A stretch of 64,000 nucleotides of DNA from Candidatus Marinacidobacterales bacterium (lineage in GTDB: Bacteria; Acidobacteriota; Vicinamibacteria; Marinacidobacterales; DATDRI01), in NCBI GenBank assembly GCA_965222425.1, contig CBDCTW010000018.1, positions 113,925-177,924 of the forward strand, in the 5' to 3' direction. The notes beneath the pieces are model-generated. The model was not told where the DNA came from and made no database searches. It was given only the letters and a program-made list of their open reading frames with translations. The translations under genes were made by a program, and so were the position numbers. Below, piece by piece: positions 12,410 through 23,488 of the stretch (positions are counted from its first letter, which is position 1; each line of letters starts with the position of its first letter).

Positions 12410-12473
12410 CGGAGCGATATGCTATATCACATGGTTGTCGTCGTGTTCCAAAAATACAAACGAACTCAAGACC

Positions 12474-12590
12474 CCGTCCTGTGCCAAAACTCGGCCCTTT
12501 TGAAATAGACCGCAAATCAGCAGCTTAGACGCCCTTGGAATCCGCGCAGAATCCAGGGTATTTCGCGCCGCAGGATTGGCTTCCGACCCC
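12474..12590 (+). repeat. MITE family B (partial) nested in a family C end
   Basis: The C end at 12439-12473 runs directly into ccgtcctgtgccaaaactc. Confidence 0.8.
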
Positions 12591-13315
12591 TGAGCTGCGG
12601 GTGGCGGGCGACAGGCCCACCGGGGGTGCGCACGGCTGGCTCAAATCGGCTGCCGGGGCGAGCTGCAGGCAACGAACTGCGCACCCGGAAGAAATACGTA
12701 TCCGACCGCGATGCCAAATTCAAGCAGCCCTCGGAAAGGTGCAAACTGCTGACCCGCTGGGCGTTCGAGTATTTTGACCAGACGGGTATCCCTCTTTTCA
12801 CCTTACAAGGTCTTGACCAGAAAAAAAGTCGCCGGGCCACTCTCCCCGTCGCGAAAACCAAAGCGCTGGTAAAGCTGCCGCGCCAGAGCGTTATCTTCGC
12901 GCACCTCCAGAGTCACTTTTCCGCAGTCCAATTCGCGGGCTTTGGCTTCGACCGCTTTGAGCAACAGACGCCCGACGCCCCGTCCGCGGCAGCCGGCGGT
13001 AACGGCCAGATCGTGAATGTTGATCAGAGGTTTGGCGGTGAACGTGGAGAAACCAGTCATGCAAACCGTGACCCCCACCGCGCGGCGGTCCAGCCAAGCG
13101 AGAAAAACCAGCGTCCCCGGGTGTCTTTTTAGTCCGGGTACGAGTTGCTCCAACACCCTGGCCGCCAGCGGAGTTCCCTGGCCGATCGGTAGCCGCGCAT
13201 ACTCGTCCACCAATGTGTTCGCTAGTCTGAATTGGCCCATTTCGCTCATTTGATTTGGCCCACCCCATCGAGACCGATACCCTGAGCCGGGGAAGAACCC
13301 GGAGAGGAGGGTCGG

Positions 13316-14857
13316 TTGAAAAGGGGTGCGAAAGTGCGATTGTTCGAGCAGATCCGTGGCGAGTACGAGCACGGAGTAGGAACGATAAAGGGAGTGGCGA
13401 AGGAGTTCGGAGTACACCGTCGGATGGTGCGTCAGGCGCTGGAGAGCGCGGTACCGCCGGAGCGTAAAGTCGCGGAGCGTGCGAGTCCGAAGCTTGAGGA
13501 AGTACGCGAGTTCATCGACGCGGTCCTGAAGGAGGACAAGCGAGCGCCTCGGAAGCAACGCCATACGGCTCGTCGTATCTGGTCCCGGTTGCGCGCCGAG
13601 CATCCGGAGCATGAGATTGGCGAATCAACGGTACGTCGCTACGTCGCTCGTCGGAAGAGCGAGCTCGGCCTGAAGGACACAGAGATTTTTGTTCCGCAGA
13701 GCTACGCGTGGGGCGATGAAGGGCAAGTGGACTGGTACGAGGCGTACGCGCGGATCGGAGGTGAGCTCGAGAAGGTCCACACGCTCGTAGTCCGAAGCAT
13801 GGCGGGAGGAGGCGCGTTGCATCGCGGCTATCCGCGTCCGACGCAACAAGCATTTTTCGAAGCGCAGGAGCATGCGTTCGAGTTCTTTGGTGGCGTGTTC
13901 CGCCGCATGCGCTACGACAACCTGTCACTCGCGGTCACTAAGATTCTGCGTGGTTATCAACGAGAGCAGACGGAGCGATTCGTGGCGTTTCGCTCCCATT
14001 GGGGATTCGACTCGGAGTTTTGTAATCCGAGTCGAGGCAACGAGAAGGGCGGGGTGGAAAGCGAAGTCGGCTACTTCCGGCGCAACTATCTGACGCCGGT
14101 ACCGGAGTTTTCGAACTGGGATGAGCTGAACGAGTATCTGCTCTCGTGCTGTCTCAAGGATGCGACGCGCCACATTAGCGGCAAGGAGCATGCTGTCGGA
14201 ACAGCGATGGAGCTTGAACGGGAGCATCTGTTGCCATTGACCGTCGAGGGGTTCGATATCGAGGAGCGACGATTTGCAAAGGTGAACAAGAAAGGCTGCG
14301 TTCGAGTCGGCACGAACTGGTACTCGACTCCGTTGAAACGGGACCGGCGAGTTGTGGCCAAGCTACTGCCGTTGGAAGTTGAGATCTGGCACGAGGGCCA
14401 CGTCGTGGCACGCCACGAGCGCTGCTACGGCCGCAGCCAGTCGATTTATGAACTCGAGCACTACTTGGATGTTCTGGTCAGGAAGCCTGGAGCGTTGGCC
14501 GGCTCGACGCCGCTCGCTCAATGGCGGGAGAAAGGTCGGTGGCCCACGAGCTACGACGAGTTGTGGTCCAAGCTGAATCGACGTCACGGGAAGCTCGAAG
14601 GAACCCGCCAGATGGTCGAGCTCGTGCAGCTCGGCCGCGAGCACGGCTACGACAAGCTGCGTGAGGCGGTGAGTCAAGCGCTCGAACTCGGCTGTACGGA
14701 TGCTGAGGCGATCCGTCACCTCGTCGAATCATCAGTTCTTCGACGTGAGCAGGCGCAGGCTCTTGGCGATGTGGAGCTCGGAGAGCTCACGAAGTACGAA
14801 CGTTCCTTGCCAGGTGTTGGCCATTACAACGCGCTGATCGGCGAGGTGAACTCGTGA
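13316..14857 (+). CDS. istA: IS21 transposase IstA
   Basis: GQVDW, RYDN and GNEKGGVE motifs; N-terminal HTH. Confidence 0.93.
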   Translation: MKRGAKVRLFEQIRGEYEHGVGTIKGVAKEFGVHRRMVRQALESAVPPERKVAERASPKLEEVREFIDAVLKEDKRAPRKQRHTARRIWSRLRAEHPEHEIGESTVRRYVARRKSELGLKDTEIFVPQSYAWGDEGQVDWYEAYARIGGELEKVHTLVVRSMAGGGALHRGYPRPTQQAFFEAQEHAFEFFGGVFRRMRYDNLSLAVTKILRGYQREQTERFVAFRSHWGFDSEFCNPSRGNEKGGVESEVGYFRRNYLTPVPEFSNWDELNEYLLSCCLKDATRHISGKEHAVGTAMELEREHLLPLTVEGFDIEERRFAKVNKKGCVRVGTNWYSTPLKRDRRVVAKLLPLEVEIWHEGHVVARHERCYGRSQSIYELEHYLDVLVRKPGALAGSTPLAQWREKGRWPTSYDELWSKLNRRHGKLEGTRQMVELVQLGREHGYDKLREAVSQALELGCTDAEAIRHLVESSVLRREQAQALGDVELGELTKYERSLPGVGHYNALIGEVNS

Positions 14858-15627
14858 ACGCGAAGAGCATCGAGCTCCAGAGCATCCGTCAGCATTGCAA
14901 GACGCTTCGCATGCCGAGCGTGGCAACGCAGTTCCAGAAGATTGCCGAACAAGCGCAGCGCGACGAGCACAGCTATGTCCGCTACCTCGACGTGCTGCTC
15001 AGCGCCGAAGTCGAGGAGCGTGAACACCGCGCGGTTCAAAGACGACTGAAGGAAGCACAACTACCGAGAGCGAAGACGCTCGAGGAGTTCGACTTCTCGC
15101 AATCGCCGAAGGTCTCCGCCCGTCGGATACGAGAACTGGCCGAAGGCGACTACATCGACCATGCACGGCCGGTTCTGTTTCTCGGCGATGCCGGCACAGG
15201 CAAGACTCATCTGGCCACGGCATTGTGTGTAGCGGCGTGCCAGCAACGTCGCCGCGTTCGCTTCACGACGGCCTCGAGACTCGTCAACGAACTCGTTGAA
15301 GCTAGGGAGGAGCACGAACTCTCGCGAGTGATCCGTCGCTACGCCCGCTACGAGTTGTTGTGCATCGACGAGCTCGGCTACGTCCCACTCGCCGATGTCG
15401 GCGCCGAGCTTCTGTTCCAAGTGGTTTCGGAACGATGCGAAAGGGCGGCGCTCGTGATCACCACCAACCTGCCCTTCTCGGAGTGGACCCAGGTGTTCAC
15501 GAACGTCCGCCTGTGCAAGGCACTGCTCGACCGAGTCACGGACCAGGCGCACATACTCGAAACCGGCACCGAATCCTATCGGTTCCGGCGCACCCTGAAG
15601 AGCGAGAAAAAGACCATAAAGGCATGA
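14854..15627 (+). CDS. istB: IS21 ATPase IstB
   Basis: Walker [19 protein letters not shown] and TTNLPFSEW motifs. Confidence 0.95.
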   Translation: MNAKSIELQSIRQHCKTLRMPSVATQFQKIAEQAQRDEHSYVRYLDVLLSAEVEEREHRAVQRRLKEAQLPRAKTLEEFDFSQSPKVSARRIRELAEGDYIDHARPVLFLGDAGTGKTHLATALCVAACQQRRRVRFTTASRLVNELVEAREEHELSRVIRRYARYELLCIDELGYVPLADVGAELLFQVVSERCERAALVITTNLPFSEWTQVFTNVRLCKALLDRVTDQAHILETGTESYRFRRTLKSEKKTIKA

Positions 15628-16191
15628 GTTCGTTGGGTTTCACTAGCCGCGGCCTGCACTTCGTTCCGGCCGCGGAATAAGGAAAGGGGCTTTCTTACAG
15701 CTCGTCTTTATTAATCAATAACTTAGGGTGGGCCAAATTAGATGAGCAAAGTGGGCCAGACCGAGTGGACAAACACAACCAACTGCCGAACCGCCTCGGC
15801 ATGCTTGAAGTTGTTCAAGTCAGCTTCGAGAACCTCGAGATTCATCGTTTTTTTGAAGTCCTTACCCTTGGGGCGGGACTTATCATGGCAGGATGAACCT
15901 GACCCCACGGTTAGTACCACGTTGTATCTCAGTCATTCGGTGCTGACAAGGGCTGGTTGAAGCCGGCGTGGCAAAGCCGGTTTCAACCAAATCGTTTCAA
16001 GTTTCGTGTCTGTCTTTCTCCTGAAATAGGATGTTGTAGGTCTGGTCGCCACCCTTGCCTATGGCCGCGCCGTGGGGCGCTTCTTAGTTTATGGAAGGGA
16101 CAGCCGAGTTTTGGCACAGGACGGGGTGCATTGGTACAATACGCAACGACTCTTGGAGCCGATCGGAAATGTCTCCCCCGTCGAATACGAG

Positions 16192-16358
16192 GGTGCTTCC
16201 GCCATCAAGTGTTGGTGAGATGACGCTAAGACTTTACAGTGCATTAAGTTACAGTCAAAATAGCGCTTGTGACCTTCCCCGCGCGCTAAAATGGAGCGTA
16301 AGTGCCTCTTTTGCAAAGGGATGCGTACATATCACCAACAGTAAACAGCGGAAGCACC
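16192..16358. mobile_element. MITE family A
   Basis: Family-A ends. Left neighbour is an IS3 scrap (16123-16191 matches ~10755-10823); right neighbour is the HU gene. Confidence 0.85.
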
Positions 16359-16367
16359 AAAAAACCC

Positions 16368-16652
16368 ATGACCAAAACCCAAATCGTGGCCCAGATGTCG
16401 GAAACGATGCAGGTTCCGAAAAAGCAGGCCGCGGCATGGTTCAAGTCGATTGCCGATCTCGCGGCGAAGGAGACGAAGCGGACGGGCCAGTTCATCATTC
16501 CCGGAATTGGAAAACTCGTGAAGGCGCAACGAAAGGCGCGCAAGGGACACAACCCCCGGACCGGCGAACAGATTCGAATCCCGAAAAAGACGGTAGTCAA
16601 GTTTCGAGTAGCGAAAGCTTGCCTGGACGCCGTCGTCTCACCGAAGAAGTAG
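16368..16652 (+). CDS. hup: HU-family DNA-binding protein
   Basis: MTKTQIVAQMSE...FIIPGIGKLVKAQRKARKGHNPRTGEQIRIPKKTVVKFRVAK. Confidence 0.92.
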   Translation: MTKTQIVAQMSETMQVPKKQAAAWFKSIADLAAKETKRTGQFIIPGIGKLVKAQRKARKGHNPRTGEQIRIPKKTVVKFRVAKACLDAVVSPKK

Positions 16653-16869
16653 CTCACAAGCGACGCCTCGGAATGTCCTACCGAACGACGGATGCACGCT
16701 GGCGACGTGCCCGGCGTAAAAAGCGGGCGAAGGCAGACACTGAGAATCCGACGGAAACCAAAGCATTGCAGGTTCCAGAGCCCCACCAATTCGGCCGGAG
16801 GAGCCAACGGGCGAGGGAAATGTTGGCGAACGGGTTGCTACCCTTGGACATTCCTTCGCCAGCGAGTCG

Positions 16870-17313
16870 ATGATGCACCACTACAACCTATCGACGCGCC
16901 ACGTGTTCCAGACGCGACGCTCGGATGTTCGCTCCGAGACGTTGGCTGCGTTGCGGTCCACCATCGAGGTGGCCACCGGCGGGCATGCGGTGCCGTTACC
17001 CGGATTCCCCGAATACTTTCTAAGCATCAGGAACACCTGGATCGGCGCAGTGGGGTGGCTCATCCAGGGACCCGAGCACCGGGTCATGGTTCAGTGCGTG
17101 ACAGCCTGGACGATTGAGGGCACAGCAAAGGGCGTGCGCTGGTTGGGGACGGAGCTACCGGAGGAGTTGGACTTGCCTTGTTGTCTGGTCAAGCTTGGAC
17201 TACCCCTGCTTAAGGATCCCGATTCGGCAAGTTGGCTTGAGGATGCCGAGCGGTGCATTAGCTGGGCGATGCTACCCACGCCTCCTCCGAGGAATGGCAC
17301 AAGGTTGCCCTGA
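16870..17313 (+). CDS. Hypothetical protein, paralog of 32916-34847
   Basis: Clear similarity to the second copy (HHY.L.T.HV..T.RSDV, LPGF, SIRN.W.GAVGWLI.G, PCCLV, AERCISW). Confidence 0.7.
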   Translation: MMHHYNLSTRHVFQTRRSDVRSETLAALRSTIEVATGGHAVPLPGFPEYFLSIRNTWIGAVGWLIQGPEHRVMVQCVTAWTIEGTAKGVRWLGTELPEELDLPCCLVKLGLPLLKDPDSASWLEDAERCISWAMLPTPPPRNGTRLP

Positions 17314-17359
17314 TGGGTGTATCGCCTGAGCTTGGGAATCAGACACAACTCCGGACGGG

Positions 17360-17552
17360 TGTCCCTTCCATAAACTTGAGCTGTATGAGATTGGCGAACT
17401 TCCTGCAACCGGAATGCTTTGGTCGTCTTCATGTAGGACGTTTTAAGAGCCGGCGTCGGCTCTACTCAGGGGTAGAGGTGTAAGCTGGTACGAAGTCCGG
17501 CAGCCGTTCCGAGCGGATCGGACTCAAGCAGCGCGTCGAGTGTAATGATGAT
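17360..17552. repeat. Family F element (~195 bp), inverted copy of 22430-22630
   Basis: Reverse-complement match including tgtcccttccataaac and catgtaggacgttttaagagccggcgtcggctctactcagggg. Confidence 0.85.
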
Positions 17553-17578
17553 AGTAGTCGACGTATTTGCGTAGGATT

Positions 17579-17744
17579 GGTGCTTCCGCCATCAAGTGTT
17601 GGTGAGATGACGCTAAGACTTTACGATGCGTTAAGTTACAGTCAAAATAGCGCTTGTGACCTTCGCCGCGCGCTAAATGGAGCGTAAGTGCCCCTTTTGC
17701 AAAGGGATGCGTACACATCACCAACAGCAAACAGCGCAAGCACC
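17579..17744. mobile_element. MITE family A
   Basis: Family-A ends and interior. Confidence 0.85.
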
Positions 17745-17984
17745 GGCCATTTTGGGTCTGATCTTGAGTTCGTTTGTATTTTTGGACAGGACGGCGTCGG
17801 AGCGATTTGAACCAGAACAGCCCGTGGATAGTCACGGCACATGCTGGGTTTGACACGCGCCCGGGAATAGTCCATTATGGCTTCTTCGGCTATCCGATGG
17901 CTCTTCGCAGATTTTTTTGCTGGTGACTTCCACCACACCTCCGTCAGCCCTCGCTTAGACCTTTTCCGTTCAGGAGTTCATTTC

Positions 17985-18263
17985 ATGGGTAAGATTTATG
18001 TAGGCAATTGTTCCTCCGACGTCACCGAGCAGCAACTCAGAGACGTCTTCGCGACTTACGGCGAGGTGAGTAGCGTCAACGTGATCACCGATCGCGACAC
18101 CGGTCGCCCGCGTGGTTTCGCTTTCGTTGAGATGTCGGACAGCTCGGCCGCGCAAGCGGCCATCCGTGGCGTCAATGGAACTGATCTCGGTGGTCGTACA
18201 TTGAACGTCAACGAAGCCAGACCCCGGACCGAAGGCGGCGGTGGCGGCGGGCGGCGCTGGTAA
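17985..18263 (+). CDS. RRM RNA-binding protein with Gly-rich tail
   Basis: RNP2 IYVGN and RNP1 RGFAFVEM motifs; RBS caggag. Confidence 0.93.
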   Translation: MGKIYVGNCSSDVTEQQLRDVFATYGEVSSVNVITDRDTGRPRGFAFVEMSDSSAAQAAIRGVNGTDLGGRTLNVNEARPRTEGGGGGGRRW

Positions 18264-18428
18264 GCCCGTCGTGTCCCAAAATACAAACGAACTCAAGACC
18301 GGCTTGCCGGGACGTTTCGGAATAGATGTGTCTATGCTTGGTTCGCAGCACTTGAATGACCGGGTTGATTGCTCCGGGATTGCAGGCTAGCGTAGTCTCT
18401 AAACAGACAGCGAGGAGAGGAGAGACAA

Positions 18429-18950
18429 ATGCAGCCACTTTACGATCCCGAGGGTGTTCGGCCCATGTGGGAGGAGCTTGCCCAATGCGGGGTCGAGCCC
18501 GTGCAAACAAGAGAGAACGTCGACGAGGCCTTGAAGAGGCCTGGGACAACGCTCGTGGTGGTGAACTCGGTTTGTGGATGTGCAGCCGGCTCGGCGCGCC
18601 CGGGTGTGACTCGCGCCCTGCAACACAGCACGATTCCCGATCACCTCACGACGGTCTTCGCCGGCGTGGACCGTGAGGCCACGGAGCGCGCCAGAGAGCA
18701 CATGGTCGGCGTTGCTCCGAGCTCGCCTTCGGTGGCCCTTTTCAAGGACGGCGAACTGGTGCACATGCTTGAGCGACGACATATAGAGATGATGAACGAC
18801 GAGATGGTGGCGCAGAACCTGACCGAGGTTTTCGACAAGTACTGCTCTCGACAGGGACCGTCCGTCCCCAGAGAAGAGTACGAGAAGGTGGAGCACGCGC
18901 GGCAGTGTGGCTCCTCGGTGCCGTTGTTCGATCCCCTCTCAAGCCACTAG
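18429..18950 (+). CDS. Bacilliredoxin (BrxA/BrxB, YphP/YqiW family; unrelated to BREX)
   Basis: VVNSVCGCAAGSARPG, TVFAGVDREAT and PSSPSVALFKDGELV motifs. Confidence 0.9.
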   Translation: MQPLYDPEGVRPMWEELAQCGVEPVQTRENVDEALKRPGTTLVVVNSVCGCAAGSARPGVTRALQHSTIPDHLTTVFAGVDREATERAREHMVGVAPSSPSVALFKDGELVHMLERRHIEMMNDEMVAQNLTEVFDKYCSRQGPSVPREEYEKVEHARQCGSSVPLFDPLSSH

Positions 18951-19043
18951 CAGGCGCTCTTCTCCCCGGCAAAGTCCAGTCCCGTCTCGGCCTTGGGGGC
19001 TTGTTCCCCGCCCGTGGCGTGTCCCACCGGCCAGCCGTGCGCA

Positions 19044-19104
19044 CCTGTGCTCCGCAAAAATTCGATCCAGCGGTACGCGATCTTCTTTTTTTGCGGATCA
19101 CAGG
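19044..19104. mobile_element. MITE family D, minimal complete copy (61 bp)
   Basis: TIRs cctgtgctccgcaaaaa and tttttgcggatcacagg. Related ends at 1296, 6481-6531 and 32535. Confidence 0.7.
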
Positions 19105-19158
19105 TCGACCGGAGCTGGCCGGTCTTGGCTGGAAACCAATGAGAAACCGGGAAAAACA

Positions 19159-19327
19159 GGTGCTTCCGCCATTAAGTGTTGGTGATGTGTACGCATCCCT
19201 TTGCAAAAAAGGCGCTTACGCTCCATTTTGTGCGCAGCGAAGGTCATGAGAGCTATTTTGGATGTAACTTAATGCACTGTAAAGTCTTAGCGTCGTCATC
19301 CCACCAACACTTGATGGCGGAAGCACC
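19159..19327. mobile_element. MITE family A
   Basis: Family-A ends. Followed by an IS5 remnant (19328-19570) matching about 32082-32323. Confidence 0.85.
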
Positions 19328-19708
19328 GGCCCGGTTTCCTCCTCCTTGGCCGGGGCGCGTCCCAGTTCACAAGCTTGCCGGCGGTGAGCGAGATCCAGAC
19401 GGTCAGGCTCCCGCGGTTGCGTAGACCCGACTCATATTCACGCCAATTCCTCACGCGATAGGCCTTCTTCACATACTTCCGCTGAGTGCGTTTGAAAATG
19501 CTCAGGGGGAACCTCGTATCCGCGAGTACAGGACAATTGTGGACCGAGATCGCGAGTTGTGCACCAAGGCAATGAAGTGACCCAATCGGTATGGTATGGT
19601 CAAGTTATTGAAAACCCGGCTGACCGACCCTCAAGATGATGGGCTCGAGTTCTGTCGTGAACCGGCCATGTTGGGGATCGGCCAGCCCGATTCTGCTTAA
19701 CTTTAACA

Positions 19709-22394
19709 ATGCCCCTGACTATGCTCTGCCATATAGTCCTGCTGAGCCATTTGGCCCTTGTTCCTGCAGTATCCAGGACCCTCGAAGCCAACGACGACTG
19801 GCCTCAATGGCGCGGTCGACAGCGCGACGGTCTTTCCCGTGATTCGAATCTACTCGACCAGTGGCCGGCCGGCGGACCGGAGCTCGTCTGGAAGGCCAGC
19901 GGGCTCGGCAATGGCTATTCGACTGTGTCGGTCGCGCGAGGCCGCATCTACACTCAGGGAGCCAGAGGTTCCCGCGAGTACGTGATCGCCCTGGAAGCGA
20001 TCATGGGACGTGAGGTCTGGGCGACGCCACATGGGCGGCGCTATCGCAACAGCCGAGGAGACGGACCGCGCGGTGCGCCGACGGTGGACGGCAACCGAGT
20101 CTACGCACTCAGTGGAAGCGGCGATCTATCGTGCCTCGAAGCGGATACCGGAAAGATCGTCTGGTCGGTGAACCTTCTTGAGACCTTCCGCGGGCGCAAT
20201 ATCAACTGGGGCATCAGCGAGTCTCCCCTCGTTCTCGAGGACCGTGTCCTCGTCAACGCCGGAGCACGAAATGCCTCGATCGTGGCACTCGACAAGAGGG
20301 ATGGCTCCCTACTTTGGAAAACGGCCAGCGACGAGGCAGGGTACTCCTCTGCGGTCCGAGCCAACATCAACGGTGTCGATCAGGCGGTTTTCTTCACGGG
20401 CCAGCGTGGGGTGGGCGTTCGCATCAGTGATGGGCAAGTGCTCTGGTCATACCAACGCGTCTCCAACCGAACCGCCAACGTTGCCACACCGGTGGTGCGA
20501 GGCAACTACGTTTTCCTGTCTTCCGACTACGGTACGGGCTGTGCCCTGCTCGAGATCTCCGGGAGTCAAGCCCATTCTTAGTTGAAATTTTCCACGGCTC
20601 CCGGTTCGTTTAAGCAAAGTTCTTCCTCGACGTATTTTTTTTCGCGGTCTCGATCTTCAGTTCACGCTTGAGCGCTTCACGCAGCTTTGGAAGGTGTCGG
20701 TAGCTCATCACCTTCCGGAGGCGCGGCTCGATGTCGGTGAGCGCGGTCGCGAGCCAGCGTTGGCGTTGGTTCGAAGTCTTCCAGTGATCGACCTTCGCGC
20801 AACGTTCCTCGATAAGCGCATTGACGGACTCGATGCAGTTCGTCGTCTTTAGTGAGTGACCGAGCACCCCGTACACGCCAAGACGATGCAAGGTCAGGGT
20901 CTCCTCCAGCCCCTCTTCGAGGCTAGAGGCCGCAGACTGATTCCTCTCTTCCAGCTCGCGGTGGAGTTGCTCGAGGGCCTCAAGCGCCTCCTTGCGCGTC
21001 GGCCGGCCGTACGCGCGCTGCAGCCGCTTGCGCCACAACGACTGCTCGCTCTTGGGACAAATAGCTCACGACATTCTCTCGTTTGTGCCACTGGCAACGG
21101 CCCACGACGACCCGCCTGCGAAAGGCCTTGGTCACGGCTCCTCGCAGCCCCTTGCTGCCGTCGATGACCACCAGCAGCCCTTCAGAGATATCGAGACCCC
21201 GCTCGACCAATGAACGCAGGAACGGCCTAAGAACACGCTCGTTCTCAGTGTCTGTCTCCACGAAGCCGAGGAAGCGTTTGTCCCCGGATAACGTGATGCC
21301 GAGAGCCACCACCATCGTCGCGTCGGCGAACGTCTTGCCGTCCAGGACCATCGCCACCACGTCCTCACCCGAGAGATCACGCTCCTGCATCTCACGCAGA
21401 TTCGCTGCGCTTGCTTCGACGAAGCCGCGCGACACCGACGAACTCGACAGACCGATCGCGCCCGGGACCAATTCCGCCGCCGACTCATAGTTCCGGCACG
21501 AGATCCCGTACAGCACTCTTCGTAGAAGCAACTCGTCCACCTCTCCGCGGTGACTCAGACTCTCGTACGAGCTCAACGGGATCTCTCCGTCGCGGCCGCG
21601 AACACGGGGAACGCGGATCGGAACTCGCTGACCCGCGAGTTTCACCGTGCCCGGATTCGTCCCGTGACGTCGTCCCTGCACCGTCTCCGATTTCCGAACG
21701 TATCGCTCTCCCGCAAGCTCACTGACCTCGGCGTCCAGCAACTCGTGAACATGCATCAGGCCGAGAGGCACCAGTGCGCGGATCATCTCGACCTTCGAGT
21801 CCACCTCGAGCTCCCCGTATCCCTCTTGCTCCATGACCTCTACTTCACCTAGACGACGCGTCTTCTTGCGTTCCTTGACCCTTCGTAGCAGACTTCCCAT
21901 ATCGGCTCCTTTCTTGAGCGGCTTGATTTCGCTTTTGACAACGTCATCAAACCACCCGAGAGGGAGCCGTTTCAAATTTCAACTAAGAGTGGCACACATT
22001 CATCTCCGGGGGCGCGGAGCAAATAACAGCCCGTGAGGTCTACTTCACCCGTGACATGCGCAACCACCACAGCAGCTCCGTGCTGGTCGGCGATACGCTC
22101 TATGGTTTCTTGAGCAGCCGTCTCCACGCTCTGAACTTCTGGACGGGCGAGCTGGCGTGGCGTGACCGCAGCATCGGGAAGGGCTCTCTGGTTTTTGCGG
22201 ACGGGCATTTGTACATCTTCAGCGAGAACGGAGTGGTGGGGCTCGTAGAGGCGACGCCGGTGGGGTACCGAGAGAAAGGTCGCTTCGAGATCCGAACCTC
22301 CAACAAGCCCACGTGGGCGCATCCGGTCGTGGCAAACGGCACACTCTACCTGCGCGACCAGGATACGCTCTACGCCTACGCCATCCGCAAGTGA
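19709..22394 (+). pseudogene. PQQ-like (BamB-type) beta-propeller protein split by IS256
   Basis: Signal peptide then DWPQWRG and propeller repeats. The frame rejoins as CALLEISG|GAEQITAREVYFTRDMRNHHSS across the atctccgg TSD. Confidence 0.88.
20563..22001 (-). mobile_element. IS256-family element with frameshifted transposase
   Basis: IRs gagtcaagcccattcttagttgaaattt and aaatttcaactaagagtggcacacattc; 8-bp TSD atctccgg. Motifs MVLDGK, VVIDGSKG, RCQWHK and TTNCIES are split over two frames near 21050. Confidence 0.88.
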
Positions 22395-22429
22395 CCTGCT
22401 GGCACGGGTCGATATTCCCAAAGGTCGGT

Positions 22430-22630
22430 GGTCTCCATCATCATCACACTCGACGCGCTGCTTGAGTCTGATCCGCTCGGAACGGCTGCGGGACTCCGCA
22501 CCAGGTTACATCTCTGCCCCTGAGTAGAGCCGACGCCGGCTCTTAAAACGTCCTACATGAAGACGACCAAAGCATCCTGGTTGCAGGCAGTTCGCCAATC
22601 ACATACAGATCGAGTTTATGGAAGGGACAG
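22430..22630. repeat. Family F element
   Basis: Inverted partner of 17360-17552. Its end tttatggaagggacag also occurs at 16087-16103. Confidence 0.85.
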
Positions 22631-23488
22631 GCTATGGATGGGCGGCCATGTACCGCTCGGCTACGAGCAGGACGGGCGCACGCTGCGCATCAACGAGGCT
22701 GAGGCTGAGGCCGAAACGGTCCGGACGCTCTATGCGCTGTACCGGAGGCACGGAACCCTCCGGCAGGTGAAGGCCGAGGCGGACCGTCTGGGACTGCGAA
22801 CCAAGCAACGGCTTGCCGCTGATGGAACGCGGACAGGTGGTCTACCGTTCCGCCGCGGGCACCTCCACTGCCTGCTGGCCAATCCGCTCTACGCTGGGCG
22901 CATCCGGCACCGCGGCCGGGTCTACCCGGGCCAGCATCCACCGATTATCACTCCCGAGCTCTGGAGCGCGGTCCAGACGCAGCTACAAACAGGGGCTGCC
23001 AAACCAAGGAAACGCACAACCAAGGGCCGTGCAGCCCGCTCCCCTCTCGCCGGCAAGCTCTTCGATGAGACCAGGGACCGGCTGACGCCGAGCCATACGA
23101 AAAAGAAGAGCGGGCAACGGTTCCGGTACTACGTCTCCCGGCGCCTCATCCAGCACAGTGGCAACAAGGACCTCTCCGGTTGGCGTCTGCCCGCACCCAC
23201 GCTGGAACAAACCGTCGTGCACCTCGTCGAACAGCATGTGGGGGCACCGACCTTCTCGGCCTCGCTGACCCACACTCCGACGATACAAGGAACTCGCCTC
23301 CGTGCGTCACGTTCTAGACGGGCTGTGTCCAGGTAGTAGTAGTAATGATGATGATAGTGCCTCGGCAGCCAGCCTGCTTCCTCTCATCCGGCGGGTCGAT
23401 ATCAGCCCCGGCTCTGTGTCCATCCTCCTCGACCGCAATGCGTTCGCTGATTGCCTGTCTATGGAGCCAGATCGCATTCGAGAGGACG
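22631..23488 (+). pseudogene. Large serine recombinase fragment (recombinase DNA-binding domain; catalytic domain lost)
   Basis: WMGGHVPLGY, LANPLYAGRIRH, GQHPPII, SPLAGKLFD and RFRYYVS motifs. Starts at the F end, is frameshifted near 23290 and is cut by the rve element. Confidence 0.8.

Larger units (their letters stand above)
13214..15777 (+). mobile_element. IS21-family element, copy 1 (2564 bp)
   Basis: TG...CA ends with subterminal tggcccac repeats; 5-bp TSD accaa; carries istA and istB. Confidence 0.95.
12803..15845 (-). pseudogene. GNAT N-acetyltransferase split by IS21
   Basis: MNLEVLEADLNNFKHAEAVRQLV (15845-15778) rejoins DEYARLP...INIHDLAV...RGRGVGRLLL...LYQRFGF (13213-12803) across the accaa TSD. 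Confidence 0.88.

Noticed and set aside
10971-12515. Long alternative ORFs (514 aa here; also 23451-24659, 27866-29212 and 77-820)
   Set aside because: These are shadow frames of recognisable genes in GC-rich DNA, with no motifs of their own.
12803-13612. 269-aa ORF (and the 168-aa ORF at 37187-37693) as novel fusion proteins
   Set aside because: The N-terminal part is the antisense frame of istA reading out of the IS end into flanking DNA.
18429-18950. BrxA plus brxL as a BREX system
   Set aside because: Name collision only: this protein is a CGC-motif bacilliredoxin, not BREX BrxA.
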